NCBI GenBank assembly: GCA_963814585.1
Contig: CAWFDF010000005.1
Coordinates: 1 to 55,808, forward strand
From: an uncultured delta proteobacterium
Lineage (GTDB): Bacteria; Myxococcota; Myxococcia; Myxococcales; Anaeromyxobacteraceae
Direction of reading: 5' to 3'
Length of the DNA: 55,808 nucleotides
A program made the translations under genes and the position numbers. The notes beneath the pieces were generated by a model. It saw only the letters and a list, made by a program, of their open reading frames with translations. It did no database searches and had not been told where the DNA came from. Below, piece by piece: positions 45,525 to 55,808 of the stretch (position 1 is the stretch's first letter; each line of letters starts with the position of its first letter).

Positions 45525-47161
45525 GCGTCGTCCCCGGTCACCGCGGCCAGCAGCTCCTCGCGCCGGCCCTGGAGCAACCGCGCCGCGGCCGGCAGCGTCC
45601 GCCACCAGGTCCAGCCGCCCAGCGCGCCCAGCCCGAGCCAGGCCGGTGCCAGCAGCCACCCCTCGTCCAGCTCGAGGGCCACCAGCACCGGCAGCGCGAA
45701 GAGGCCGGTCACGCCGGAGAAGATGATCATCCCCGCCAGCGCGGACAGGGCCGGCAGGCTCCCGCTGCGCTGCAGCCCGAGCGGGGCCACGCGTGGATTC
45801 CAGATCGCCACGGCGTTGCCGAGCCCGAGGAACCAGGGTGCGGCGCCCAGGTGCAGGGCCAGCGTCCCGGCCAGCGCCCATGGGGGCGGCAGGCCGCCGG
45901 CCGCCACCATGGCCAGCACCGAGGCCAGCTGGATGCCGAGCGCCAGCGCGGCGACGGCGAGGTTCTTGGCCAGCAGCACGCGCTCGAGGCGGACCGGAGC
46001 CAGGAAGTAGAGCCGCGCCCCGCCTCGCTCCCAGCCGAAGCCGTTGAGCCAGTAGGTCTGCGTGGCGAGGTGGACGTAGAGCGCCACGCCCAGCACCGGC
46101 AGGGCCCGCACCACCTCGCCGGCCTCGGCCGGGATGTACGGCCGCGCCTTCCAGGCGACCAGGCCGGCCACCGCAGGCAGGATGATGCCCAGGACCAGCG
46201 ACAGGGGGTGCCGGGCCAGGAACGTCACCTCGCGCTCCAGCAAGGCCCCCCCCGGTCCCGTCCAGAGCCGCCCGGCCAGGGCGCCCAGGCCGTCGCCGAC
46301 CTTGGCCGGCCCGCCACCGCCGCCGCCGCGAGCCTCGGCGAGCGCCAGGCGGAAGGCGGCCCAGCCGGCCGCGACCGTCGCGGCCGCCAGCGCCCCCATC
46401 CATGGCAACGCCCCCACCGCGTTGCCCTCGAAGAGCCGACGGGCGCCGCCGGCCGCCATCGCCCCGGGCCAGCCCAGCCACTGCACCGCCTTGAGGACCG
46501 ACAGGAGGTCGCGGAAGCCCGGGCGCTGCTGGTAGAGCCCGGCCAGGTACAGCGCCAGCCCCGAGCCCACCACGTAGACCAGCGCGAAGAGCACCGTCTT
46601 CAGGCGGGCCCGTCGCAGCACCCGGGCCCCGATCTCCTGGATCAGCGCCAGCCAGGCCAGCGTGGCCGCGGCGAAGAGGCCCATCAGCACCGCCAGCGGC
46701 ACCAGCCAGGCGCCGAAGCGGCCCAGGGCGGCACCGACGAAGCCACCGCCCAGCAGCACGCACCAGAACAGCGCCAGCGGGTCGCCCAGCAGCGCCGCCA
46801 CCTGCCCGTGGAGCCAGAGCGCTCCGGGCCTCAGCGGGTAGACCAGGTAGCGGCGCAGGTCGAGCGACTCCTGCTCCTGCATCGCCAGGGTCGCCGCGGT
46901 CCAGGCCTGCCAGATGCCGAGGAACATCGCGGTGACCGGGAGGCCAACCTGCATGGCGCCATGATGGGTGGCATGGGCCGCCCGGTAGGTGCCGGCGCCG
47001 ATCCCGAACGAAACCAGCAGGCCGATGGGGATGAGCAGGAGGTAGCCGATCACCTTGGCCACCAGCTCACCAATCCCCCGCCGCCCCAGCAGCCGGCGCC
47101 AGGTCAGCAGGAAGCGGAGCTCGGCGAAGGCCGCCAGCGGCGTGTCGCGCAGCGCCGTCAC
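45521..47161 (-). CDS. ABC exporter permease (ABC-2-like, about 12 TM)
   Basis: Multi-TM protein coupled to the ATPase gene. Confidence 0.8.
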   Translation of the reverse strand: MTALRDTPLAAFAELRFLLTWRRLLGRRGIGELVAKVIGYLLLIPIGLLVSFGIGAGTYRAAHATHHGAMQVGLPVTAMFLGIWQAWTAATLAMQEQESLDLRRYLVYPLRPGALWLHGQVAALLGDPLALFWCVLLGGGFVGAALGRFGAWLVPLAVLMGLFAAATLAWLALIQEIGARVLRRARLKTVLFALVYVVGSGLALYLAGLYQQRPGFRDLLSVLKAVQWLGWPGAMAAGGARRLFEGNAVGALPWMGALAAATVAAGWAAFRLALAEARGGGGGGPAKVGDGLGALAGRLWTGPGGALLEREVTFLARHPLSLVLGIILPAVAGLVAWKARPYIPAEAGEVVRALPVLGVALYVHLATQTYWLNGFGWERGGARLYFLAPVRLERVLLAKNLAVAALALGIQLASVLAMVAAGGLPPPWALAGTLALHLGAAPWFLGLGNAVAIWNPRVAPLGLQRSGSLPALSALAGMIIFSGVTGLFALPVLVALELDEGWLLAPAWLGLGALGGWTWWRTLPAAARLLQGRREELLAAVTGDDA

Positions 47162-47934
47162 GGGAGTCCCGTGCCCGCCTCGCCCAGCCAGGAGAGCCGC
47201 CGCTCCTTGACGTCCTCGCCGATGGTCCGGATGAAGACCTCCTCCAGCGTGCCGGCGCCTCGCACCTCCTCCAGCGTCCCCTGCGCCACCAGGCGGCCGT
47301 GCTGGATGATGCCGACGTGCGTGACCAGCCGCTCCACCACCTCCAGCACGTGGCTGGTCAGGAAGATGGTCATCTGCCCGCCCTGCACCAGCTGCTGCAG
47401 CATCCGGCGGATGCCGCTCACCGCCACGGCGTCGATTCCCTCGAAGGGCTCATCGAGGAAGAGCAGCCTCGGCCCGTGGATGAGGGCGCCGGCCAGCGCC
47501 AGCTTCTTCTTCATCCCGTGGCTGTAGTCGCCCACCTGCTTGCCGGCGTCGCCGGTCAGCTCCATGGCCACCAGCAGCTCGTCGGCGCGGCGCCGGGCCT
47601 CGGCCCGGGTCAGCCCGTAGAGCTGACCGTGCAGCCGCAGCTGCTCGACGCCGGTGAGCCGCTCGAAGAGCGAGAGGCCGTCCGGGACCACGCCCACCAG
47701 CCGCTTGACCTCGAGGGCCTGCTTCCCGTCCGCCAGGTCGTGGCCGAGCACCCGGGCGCGCCCGCTGCTGGGCGCCAGGAGGCCGGTGAGCAGCTTCATG
47801 GTGGTGGACTTGCCTGCGCCGTTGGGGCCGAGAAAGCCGTAGAACGCCCCCGAGGCCACCGCCAGCGAGAGGTCGGAGACGGCCGGCCTTCCGTCGAAGA
47901 TCCTGGTGAGCCCGTGCGTCTCGATGGCGAGCAT
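47158..47934 (-). CDS. ABC transporter ATP-binding protein
   Basis: GPNGAGKST, YSHGMKKK and LFLDEP motifs. Confidence 0.95.
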   Translation of the reverse strand: MLAIETHGLTRIFDGRPAVSDLSLAVASGAFYGFLGPNGAGKSTTMKLLTGLLAPSSGRARVLGHDLADGKQALEVKRLVGVVPDGLSLFERLTGVEQLRLHGQLYGLTRAEARRRADELLVAMELTGDAGKQVGDYSHGMKKKLALAGALIHGPRLLFLDEPFEGIDAVAVSGIRRMLQQLVQGGQMTIFLTSHVLEVVERLVTHVGIIQHGRLVAQGTLEEVRGAGTLEEVFIRTIGEDVKERRLSWLGEAGTGLP

Positions 47935-47993
47935 GGAGTGCTCCCGGTAGCACGGCGACCGGCGCGGCGCCACCCGGCGCGGCGGGCCCGGCG

Positions 47994-48368
47994 TCAGTGC
48001 AGCGATTCGAACGGGGCGCTGGCGGCCTCGAAGCGGACGAAGCGGATGCCCATCCCCTGCACGCCGACCGGCACGTCCGGCCCGTCGCTCCCGGGCGCAC
48101 GCCTTCCCACCAGGTGGCACACGTAGCGCACCTCGCCCACGGCGACGATGCCGCCACCCGACGGGCTGAAGTTCACCCGCACCTCGGAGCCGATGGGCTG
48201 CGTCACCGGCGTCTCGACGAACAGTCCGCCCGGGGAGATGTTGCGGGCGACGCCGTGCACGTCACCGCGCTCACCCTCGAGCCAGACCGCGAAGACCTTG
48301 TCGAGCCGCTCGGCGGCCCGGCGCTCGGCACCGGTGGACTCCTCGATCGGCTTGGTGCGCCAGAGCAT
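47994..48368 (-). CDS. Standalone PilZ-domain protein
   Basis: ERRAAER (RxxxR), NISPGG and GMGIRF motifs. Confidence 0.85.
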   Translation of the reverse strand: MLWRTKPIEESTGAERRAAERLDKVFAVWLEGERGDVHGVARNISPGGLFVETPVTQPIGSEVRVNFSPSGGGIVAVGEVRYVCHLVGRRAPGSDGPDVPVGVQGMGIRFVRFEAASAPFESLH

Positions 48369-48454
48369 GCGGCCTCCCCGTTTCGAGCAGGAGGCTACGA
48401 TGGTAGGTGGATGTAGGCAAGAAACCGACCTTGGCCTACCTCGGTCGGAGCTGC

Positions 48455-49988
<1,534 letters not shown>

Positions 49989-50060
49989 GGAACTCCCCTG
50001 GGCTCGGCGATGGGTCCTCGCCAGATCTAGACCCCCGGAGCCCCGGAGTGCGTATCTCCC

Positions 50061-50451
50061 TCACAGCCCCAGCGAGCAGCGCGATCGACCTCTCGTCGGC
50101 GGGCGGGAACTGGTACTGGTCCAGCTCCCTGGGCAGCACCCAGCGGTGGTCCTCGATCCGATCGTGGCGCGGCGTCCCCGAGATCAGGCGGCACCGGTAG
50201 ACGCAGAAGTCGATGTCGTACGCCTCGTAGGCGTGCTCGACGTGGATGACCCGATCCCCCGGCTCCACCACCAGCCCGACCAGCTCCAGCACCTCGCGCG
50301 CCACCGCCTCCTGGTCGGTCTCGCCCGGCTCGACGCGCCCGCCCGGGAACTCCCAGAGCAGCGGCAACGACGACCTGGCCGGCCGCTGGGTGATGAGGTA
50401 GCGCCCGTCCAGCTCGATCATCGCCCCGACCACCCGGATCTTCCGGCGCAT
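50061..50451 (-). CDS. MutT-like NUDIX hydrolase; one-base frameshift near the 3' end
   Basis: WEFPGGRVEPGETDQEAVARE Nudix box and FPPAD; the natural end is likely LLGL-stop at 50061. Confidence 0.85.
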
Positions 50452-50594
50452 CGATCGCCCTCCTGCGGTCATCGCCCCGGCCCGGGGCGCCCGCCATCTC
50501 CTGGGCGAGGATTTCATCGTAGAATCGCCGGGGCATGCCGTCCATCGCAGCCCCATCCGCCGGCTCTTCGCCAGGCCTGCCCGGGTGCCGCGCC

Positions 50595-51472
50595 GTGAGC
50601 CTTGACCCTCGGATCGGTCCGGTGCTGCTCGACGGTGCCATGGGGACGGCGCCTCCAGGCCGCCGGGCTCCGCCCGGGCGAGCTCGCCGGAGCGCTGGCT
50701 CGGCGAGCGGCCCGATGCCGTCCGTGCCGTCCATGCCTCGCATGCGGCCGCCGGCGCCAGCGTGATCCTCACCTGCACCTTCAACGCCTCGTCCCCACGG
50801 CTGGCGGCCGCGCTTCCGGGATCCTCGGCCGGACCACTCTGCGCCGCCGCGGTGGCGCTGGCGCGACAGGCCGCTCCCGGTGCGCGAGTCGCCGGCGCGC
50901 TCGGCCCGCTGGCGCTGGCGCGTCCGGGGGACGCCGCCCCGCCGGCCTCGCGCCTGCGCTCGCCGTTCCAGCGACCGCTGCACGCCCTGGCCGAGGCCGG
51001 GGCCGACCTGCTCTGGCTGGAGAGCCAGTACGACTGGCGCGAGGCCGCCGCGGCGCTGGCGGCGGCGGTCGACGTCGGCCTCCCCGTCGCGGTGACCTTC
51101 ACGCTGCAGGAGCGGGGTGGCCGCCTCGCCGCTCCGGACGGCACGCCGGCCGAGGCGTTCCTCTCCCGGGCGGCCCGCTTCACGGGCGGCGGCCCGCGCG
51201 GCGGGCGCGTGGTGGCGGTGGGCGTCAACTGCGTCCCGGCCGGCCCGGCCCTCGCGGCCCTGGCGGCCTGGGCGAGGACCACCCTGCCGGTGCCCTTCAT
51301 CGCCAAGCCGAGCCCCGGGCTGCCGGGCGCGGTGCTCTCACCCTCCGCCTTCGCCGAGGCGCTCGCCCCGGTCGTCGCGGCCGGCGCGCGGCTGGTGGGC
51401 GGGTGCTGCGGCGCCACCGCAGGCCACCTCGAGGCGCTCCGGGCGCGCCTCCGGTCGGGCGCGCCCCCCTAG
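50595..51472 (+). CDS. Homocysteine S-methyltransferase family protein; frameshifts in the 5' part
   Basis: LLDGAMGT, GVNC and VGGCCG motifs in different frames. Confidence 0.8.
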
Positions 51473-52302
51473 CGGGGAAGCGCGGCGCGGGGGTAGGAGC
51501 CGAGCAGGTGGAAGCGGTGGACCCGCTCCTTCACGCTCTCCAGCGCCTCCGCGCACGGGGCATCGAGCCGGTGTCCCTCGAAGTCGACGAAGAAGACGTA
51601 GTGGCCGAGCGCCTGCTTCATGGGGCGGCTCTCGATCTTGGAGAGGTTGATGCCGCGCGAGGCGAACTCGCCCATCACCTCGTAGAGCCCTCCGGGCCGG
51701 TCCCGATCCATCGTGAAGGCGATGCTGGTCCGGTCGCGGCCGGTGGGCGGCGCGTCCTGCCTCGCCACCAGCAGGAAGCGGGTGGTGTTCTCGTCCGAGT
51801 CCTGGATCGACTCGGCCAGGATGGCCAGGCCGTAGCGCCCGGCCGCGGCCCGCGAGCCGATGGCGGCGGCGCCCGCCAGCCCCTGGCTCACCTGGATGGC
51901 GGCATCGGCGGTCGAGTGCGTGGCCTCGAGCCGCGCGCCAGGGAGCCGCTCGCGCAGGAAGCGGGCGCACTGGCCGAGCGGCTGCGGGTGGGAGAGCACC
52001 CGGGTGACCTGCGCCAGCGTGGTCCCGGCCGGCGCCAGCAGCTGCTGCTCGACCGGCAGGAGCAGCTCGCGGAGGATCTGCAGCCCGGGCCGGTGGACCA
52101 GGAGGTCCAGGGTGGTCCCGATGGCCCCCTCGATGGAGTTCTCGACGGGCAGCAGCGCCCCGTCGGCCCCTCCGGCCAGCACCGCCTCCCAGGCGTCCGC
52201 GAAGGACGCGCAGGGCAGCGGCTCGTCCCCGGCGGCCAGCTCGCAGCTGGCGACGGCCTCCTCGCTGAAGGTGCCCGGGGGGCCCAGGTAGGCGATGCGC
52301 AT
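51469..52302 (-). CDS. pheA: Prephenate dehydratase
   Basis: YLGPPGTFSE, PVENSIEG, SHPQ, NTTRF and ACT-domain KIESRP motifs. Confidence 0.95.
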   Translation of the reverse strand: MRIAYLGPPGTFSEEAVASCELAAGDEPLPCASFADAWEAVLAGGADGALLPVENSIEGAIGTTLDLLVHRPGLQILRELLLPVEQQLLAPAGTTLAQVTRVLSHPQPLGQCARFLRERLPGARLEATHSTADAAIQVSQGLAGAAAIGSRAAAGRYGLAILAESIQDSDENTTRFLLVARQDAPPTGRDRTSIAFTMDRDRPGGLYEVMGEFASRGINLSKIESRPMKQALGHYVFFVDFEGHRLDAPCAEALESVKERVHRFHLLGSYPRAALPR

Positions 52303-52351
52303 CGGGGCTCGAGGATAGCAGAGCGCCGCTCGCCGCCGAAGCCAGGGGAGG

Positions 52352-53014
52352 TCAGCGCGACGCGCGGGCCTGCAGCGCGGCGACGAGCGGCGCGATCTGG
52401 CGCACCTCGGTGAGCAGGTGGTCGGCCAGCGGTGCGAGCGCCTCGCGGGTGGCCGCCCCCCAGCAGACGCCCACCGTGATGGTCCCGGCGCCCCGGCCGG
52501 CGGCGAGATCGTGCGGCGAGTCGCCGATCATGACCGCCTCTCCCGGCGTCCGATCCACCTGGCCGAGCGCATGGAAGACCGGCATCGGGTCGGGCTTGCT
52601 CCTCGCCACCGTGTCGGCCGCGACGATCACGTCCACCGGATCGCGCAGCCCGACGTGGCGCAGCGTCCGCTCGGCGCCGGCCTCGACCTTGGCGGTGACC
52701 ACGCCGATGGGGTGGCCGGCCGCCTTGAGCGCCCGGACCGCCTCGCCGGCGCCCGGGAACAGCCTGGTCATGGCGTCGTGGTGCTGCAACCAGACGGCCC
52801 GGTATCGCTGGTAGAGCGGCTCGACCCGCTCCGGCGAGGCGGCGAACTGGGCCAGCTGGGTGCGCAGCGGCGTGCCGATCCCGGCGATCCACTCGGCATC
52901 GGTCGGGCGGCGCGGCTCGCCCTCGAAGGCGTGCCGGACGCAGGAGAGGATGAAGGGGACGGTGTCGACGAGCGTGCCGTCGAGGTCAAAGAGGACGGCG
53001 AGCGGGCGGGGCAC
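52352..53014 (-). CDS. HAD-superfamily phosphatase (PpaX-like)
   Basis: FDLDGTLVDT, KPDP and IGDSPHD motifs. Confidence 0.92.
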   Translation of the reverse strand: MPRPLAVLFDLDGTLVDTVPFILSCVRHAFEGEPRRPTDAEWIAGIGTPLRTQLAQFAASPERVEPLYQRYRAVWLQHHDAMTRLFPGAGEAVRALKAAGHPIGVVTAKVEAGAERTLRHVGLRDPVDVIVAADTVARSKPDPMPVFHALGQVDRTPGEAVMIGDSPHDLAAGRGAGTITVGVCWGAATREALAPLADHLLTEVRQIAPLVAALQARASR

Positions 53015-53865
53015 CAGGTGAAGCTAGGCCGGCTCCCGGGGCCCTGGCAAGACGGCTCCGACGCTCCCCGGGCCGGGTCTCGGCGGACGGCTGGGGCACG
53101 GCGTCGGCCGCGCAGCGGAAGCCGGTCGCCTCGAACCGCTCCAGCGGGTGGTTGCGCCCGCGGAACCCGGCGGCCAGGAGCCCGTCGCGGCTGTCGCCCC
53201 AGGACCCTCCGCGGATGGTCCGCTCGCGCCAGTCCCCCGTCATGGTCCACTCCCGCACGTTGCCGGCCAGGTCGTGGAGGCCGTCGGGGCTGTCGCCGTC
53301 GAGGTGCGACGCCACCGGGCATGGCCCACCGCGCAGGCCCGCGCCCCAGTCGTTGCCCTGCCCGTCCCAGCAGGCCCTCTTCCCGGGTGAGGCGTCACCC
53401 CACGGGTAGCGGCTGCCCCGCGACTGCCCGCGGGCGGCCCACTCCCACTCCCCGTCCGTCGGCAGCCGCTTCCCCTGCCAGCGGCAGAAGGCGTCGGCGT
53501 CGATCCAGGAGACGCAGTTGATGGGGTGGCTGCCCTTGCCCGGTGAGCCGAACGTGGCGGCCTTGCCGCAGACCAGTTCATCGGCGCTGCAGGCGTTGGC
53601 CTGGACGCAGGCGGCGAAGCCGGAGGCGGTCACCTCGATGGCGTCGAGACAGAACCCGGCCACCTCGACCGTGGCGCTGCCGTCGGCCGGGGTGTACCGA
53701 CCGCCAGCGAGGGGCTGCATGCCCTCCGGACAGGACGGGCGCTGGAACGCGGACGCCGGCGCGATGCCGGCGTCCCTGGCCAGCGCCACGGGAGAGGCCA
53801 GCAGCGCGATCGACGCGGCGAGCGGCGCGACAGGCGCGCAGGAGTCGGGAAGCTTCGATTCGCAC
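52986..53865 (-). CDS. Formylglycine-generating-enzyme (SUMF1/EgtB) domain exported protein; ends uncertain, likely frameshifted
   Basis: EVT, HPINCVSW, KRLPTDGEWEWAARG, DLAGNVREW, RGGSW and GFRCA motifs; probable GTG start at 53865 is out of frame. Confidence 0.8.
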
Positions 53866-54004
53866 GGATCCTCGGGAAACCCGTGCCTAGCACGGCATCT
53901 CCGCCGATATCGATGTGAACCTCTGCCCACCTCCGCCCACTCTGGCTCCAGGATTTCGAGGCCGTCGTCACGGCGCATGGTTGCGTGCGGCGTCTTGATT
54001 CCGG

Positions 54005-54861
54005 TCAAGACGCCGGAGCCGGACGCGGACGGCGCACGTTGCCGGCCGGTCCAGACGACGCGCGCTCGTAGAACGCCAGGGCCGCGGCCGTCGCAATATC
54101 TCGAGCGAATCGGTGCCACGGGCCATCGGGACACGTACCCGGACGTCGCTGGCCCGCATTGCACTCTCGGTCAGATCAGGCCCCTCGGCGCCGACGAGAA
54201 TCGCCACCCGCTCTCCGGCACTGTCCGGCATCGCCCGCGCCAACGGTTCCGCTCCGCGGTCAGGAGTCATGCAAGCAGACGAAATCCCTTTTCCCGCAGC
54301 ATATTCAGGTCCCACGGCCACCGCTCGGCGCTCGCGAACGGTACCAAAAGGGCATGTCCCATCGAGACTCGCACCGCCCGGCGGTGAGCGGGTCGGCGCA
54401 GCCCTCCCGAAGATCACCGCGTCCACGCCGAGACCGGCGGCATTGCGGAAGATCGATCCGAGATTCTCGTGATCGTTGACGCCCTCGAGCACCGCGATCG
54501 TCCGGGCGTCTTCGATGACGTCGGCGGTCGAGAGTTCGGGCGGCCGACGCGCGGCCGCGAGCACACCTCGGTTGAGATGGAAGCCGACGCAGCTGGCCAT
54601 CACTTCGGCGGTGACCCGGTAGTAGGGAATGTCCACACCGGCCAGGTCGGCGTCGAGTTCGATGCGCGCCGCTCGGTCCCCAACAGCGCGTGTGCGTGGA
54701 AACGCGAGGCGAGCATCCGCGCCGCGACCAGCACACCCTCGGCGATCACCAGGCCTTTGCCGCTGGGCAGGTCCGGGCGACGGTCGACGGAGTTGAGGTC
54801 CCGGCAGTCCGTCCATCGGGTATCGGCCGGATCGCCGATATCAACTAACGTTGGCGTTCAC
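54005..54861 (-). pseudogene. Mycobacterial TrmH/SpoU RNA methyltransferase (Rv0881-like), multiple frameshifts
   Basis: RDLNSVDRRPDLPSGKGLVIAEGVL, GFHLNRGVLAAA, LEGVNDHENLGSIFRNAAGLG, VGAEGP, PMARGTDSL and AAALAFYER segments across frames. Confidence 0.85.
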
Positions 54862-54950
54862 GCGCTTTCATCGACGAGGGCCGTCATCAGGTCGGCCGCG
54901 AACACCGCCAAGGAGAGGTCACCGGCGAGTCGATTATCGACGTCTTTCAC
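54858..54950 (-). pseudogene. Internally deleted MarR regulator (Rv0880-like), 30 codons
   Basis: Reads VKDVDNRLAGDLSLAV-F-AADLMTALVDESA-stop, i.e. the N- and C-termini of Rv0880-type MarR joined in frame. Confidence 0.7.
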
Positions 54951-55044
54951 AGCGCAACAGTACGACAGCCGGCGTTGCGGCACGCGATAATTGGAATAAT
55001 TCTCGTCCACACATCGGGTCGAGATCGGTTACCTTCTGATAGCA

Positions 55045-55354
55045 ATGCCTTCCGAGTCAGTCGAGCCTGTCGAACCAACCCAGAGCGACGATGCGCTGGC
55101 TCGGCTCCGGCGATTCCCGAATTACCCCGCGCACTGCTCGAGCCGTGGCGTGTTATCGCCGTCGGCGCGGCGGCCTGGCTGGTGGTGACTGGTGCTCGCA
55201 TTCATCGTGCCCGCGTTGGAATTGCGGCGGCCGATTTCTGCGTTGCCGGTCTGGCCACCGGAGTGTCGGTACATCGATTTTGGCGGCAGTTCGGGAGGCT
55301 CGGCGCGGAGCGCGCGGCGCGCAATCCGGGCTCGGCTTCTCCCGCGAAGAGTGA
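55045..55354 (+). pseudogene. DUF2530 membrane protein (Rv0879c-like), frameshifted
   Basis: PELPRALLEPWRVIAVGAAAWLV, AFIVPAL, VAGLATGV and ARRGARGAQSGL in shifting frames. Confidence 0.75.
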
Positions 55355-55435
55355 CTCATGCCGGGCTGTGCAGCGACACGGTGCAGTAGCGAACTACCGC
55401 TCTCTAGGGGACTCACGCCCAGGGCGCTCGCCGAA

Positions 55436-55808
55436 TTAGCTCGGCTCGGCCTCGTCAACGAACTCCGCAGGCTCGACTGATTCGGTGGGCTCAACTGATT
55501 CGGTGGGCTCAACTGATTCGGTGGGCTCAGTAGATTCCGCAGACTCGACTGATTCGGTGGGCTCAACTGATTCGGTGGGCTCAACTGATTCGGTGGGCTC
55601 GCTAGATTCCGCAGGCTCAGCAGATTCGACTGGTTCAGCAGGCTCGACAACTTCAGCCACCGCGACGGGCTCGGCGGAGTCAGTGGGTGCCTCGGATTCA
55701 GCCACCGCGACGGGCTCCGGCTTCTGCGTGACATCGAGCACACCGTCATCGAAAGGATCGAAAAGCGGTGAGCCGGCACCAGCCGGCGCCGGGGTGTCGG
55801 AGCCCGAG
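55436..55808 (-). CDS. 3' part of a DUF3027 protein (Rv0877-like) with an acidic repeat tail; truncated by the window edge
   Basis: SDTPAPAGAGSPLFDPFDDGVLDV resembles the Rv0877-type C-terminus; convergent with DUF2530 as in mycobacteria. Confidence 0.7.
   Translation of the reverse strand, partial: SGSDTPAPAGAGSPLFDPFDDGVLDVTQKPEPVAVAESEAPTDSAEPVAVAEVVEPAEPVESAEPAESSEPTESVEPTESVEPTESVESAESTEPTESVEPTESVEPTESVEPAEFVDEAEPS
55470..55631. repeat. Coding 18-bp tandem repeat (PTESVE) with a duplicated 72-bp higher-order unit
   Basis: GGCTCAACTGATTCGGTG units at 55470, 55488, 55506, 55542, 55560 and 55578, with variant units at 55524, 55596 and 55614. Confidence 0.9.

Noticed and set aside
55470..55631. 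Regular repeats as a CRISPR array
   Set aside because: Units are contiguous 18-mers with no unique spacers, keep the reading frame, and there are no cas genes

Overview
Positions 1 to about 53.9 kb are very GC-rich Myxococcota DNA resembling Anaeromyxobacter (LonD/BsgA-type Lon, myxobacterial LexA box, FHA-GAF sigma54 activator, standalone PilZ protein). It is mostly core genome: lexA, lon, mutL, tmk, thrC, recG, greA, carB, coaD, rsmD, tRNA-Thr(CGT), ppx, ppk1, htrA, pheA. The best unexplained signals are: (1) an unannotated ~75-nt hairpin RNA with a C9 loop, a near-consensus sigma54 promoter and its own U-tract (about 17955-18027). It resembles the M. xanthus Pxr sRNA and lies just downstream of a Ser/Thr kinase / FHA-GAF-bEBP operon that has its own sigma54 promoter. 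(2) A pentaheme cytochrome next to a Cyc2-like cytochrome-porin. (3) A three-gene operon of a metallophosphoesterase with no canonical start codon, a membrane-anchored protein and a coiled-coil protein ending in a RelE-like domain. (4) A promoter plus leader terminator in front of greA, and Pho-box-like repeats at ppk1. Sequence quality falls after about 49 kb (many frameshifts). The last ~1.8 kb switches to mycobacterial DNA with Rv0877/Rv0879c/Rv0880/Rv0881 gene order, most likely a chimeric contig end. All family assignments come from motif recognition by eye; no searches were run.
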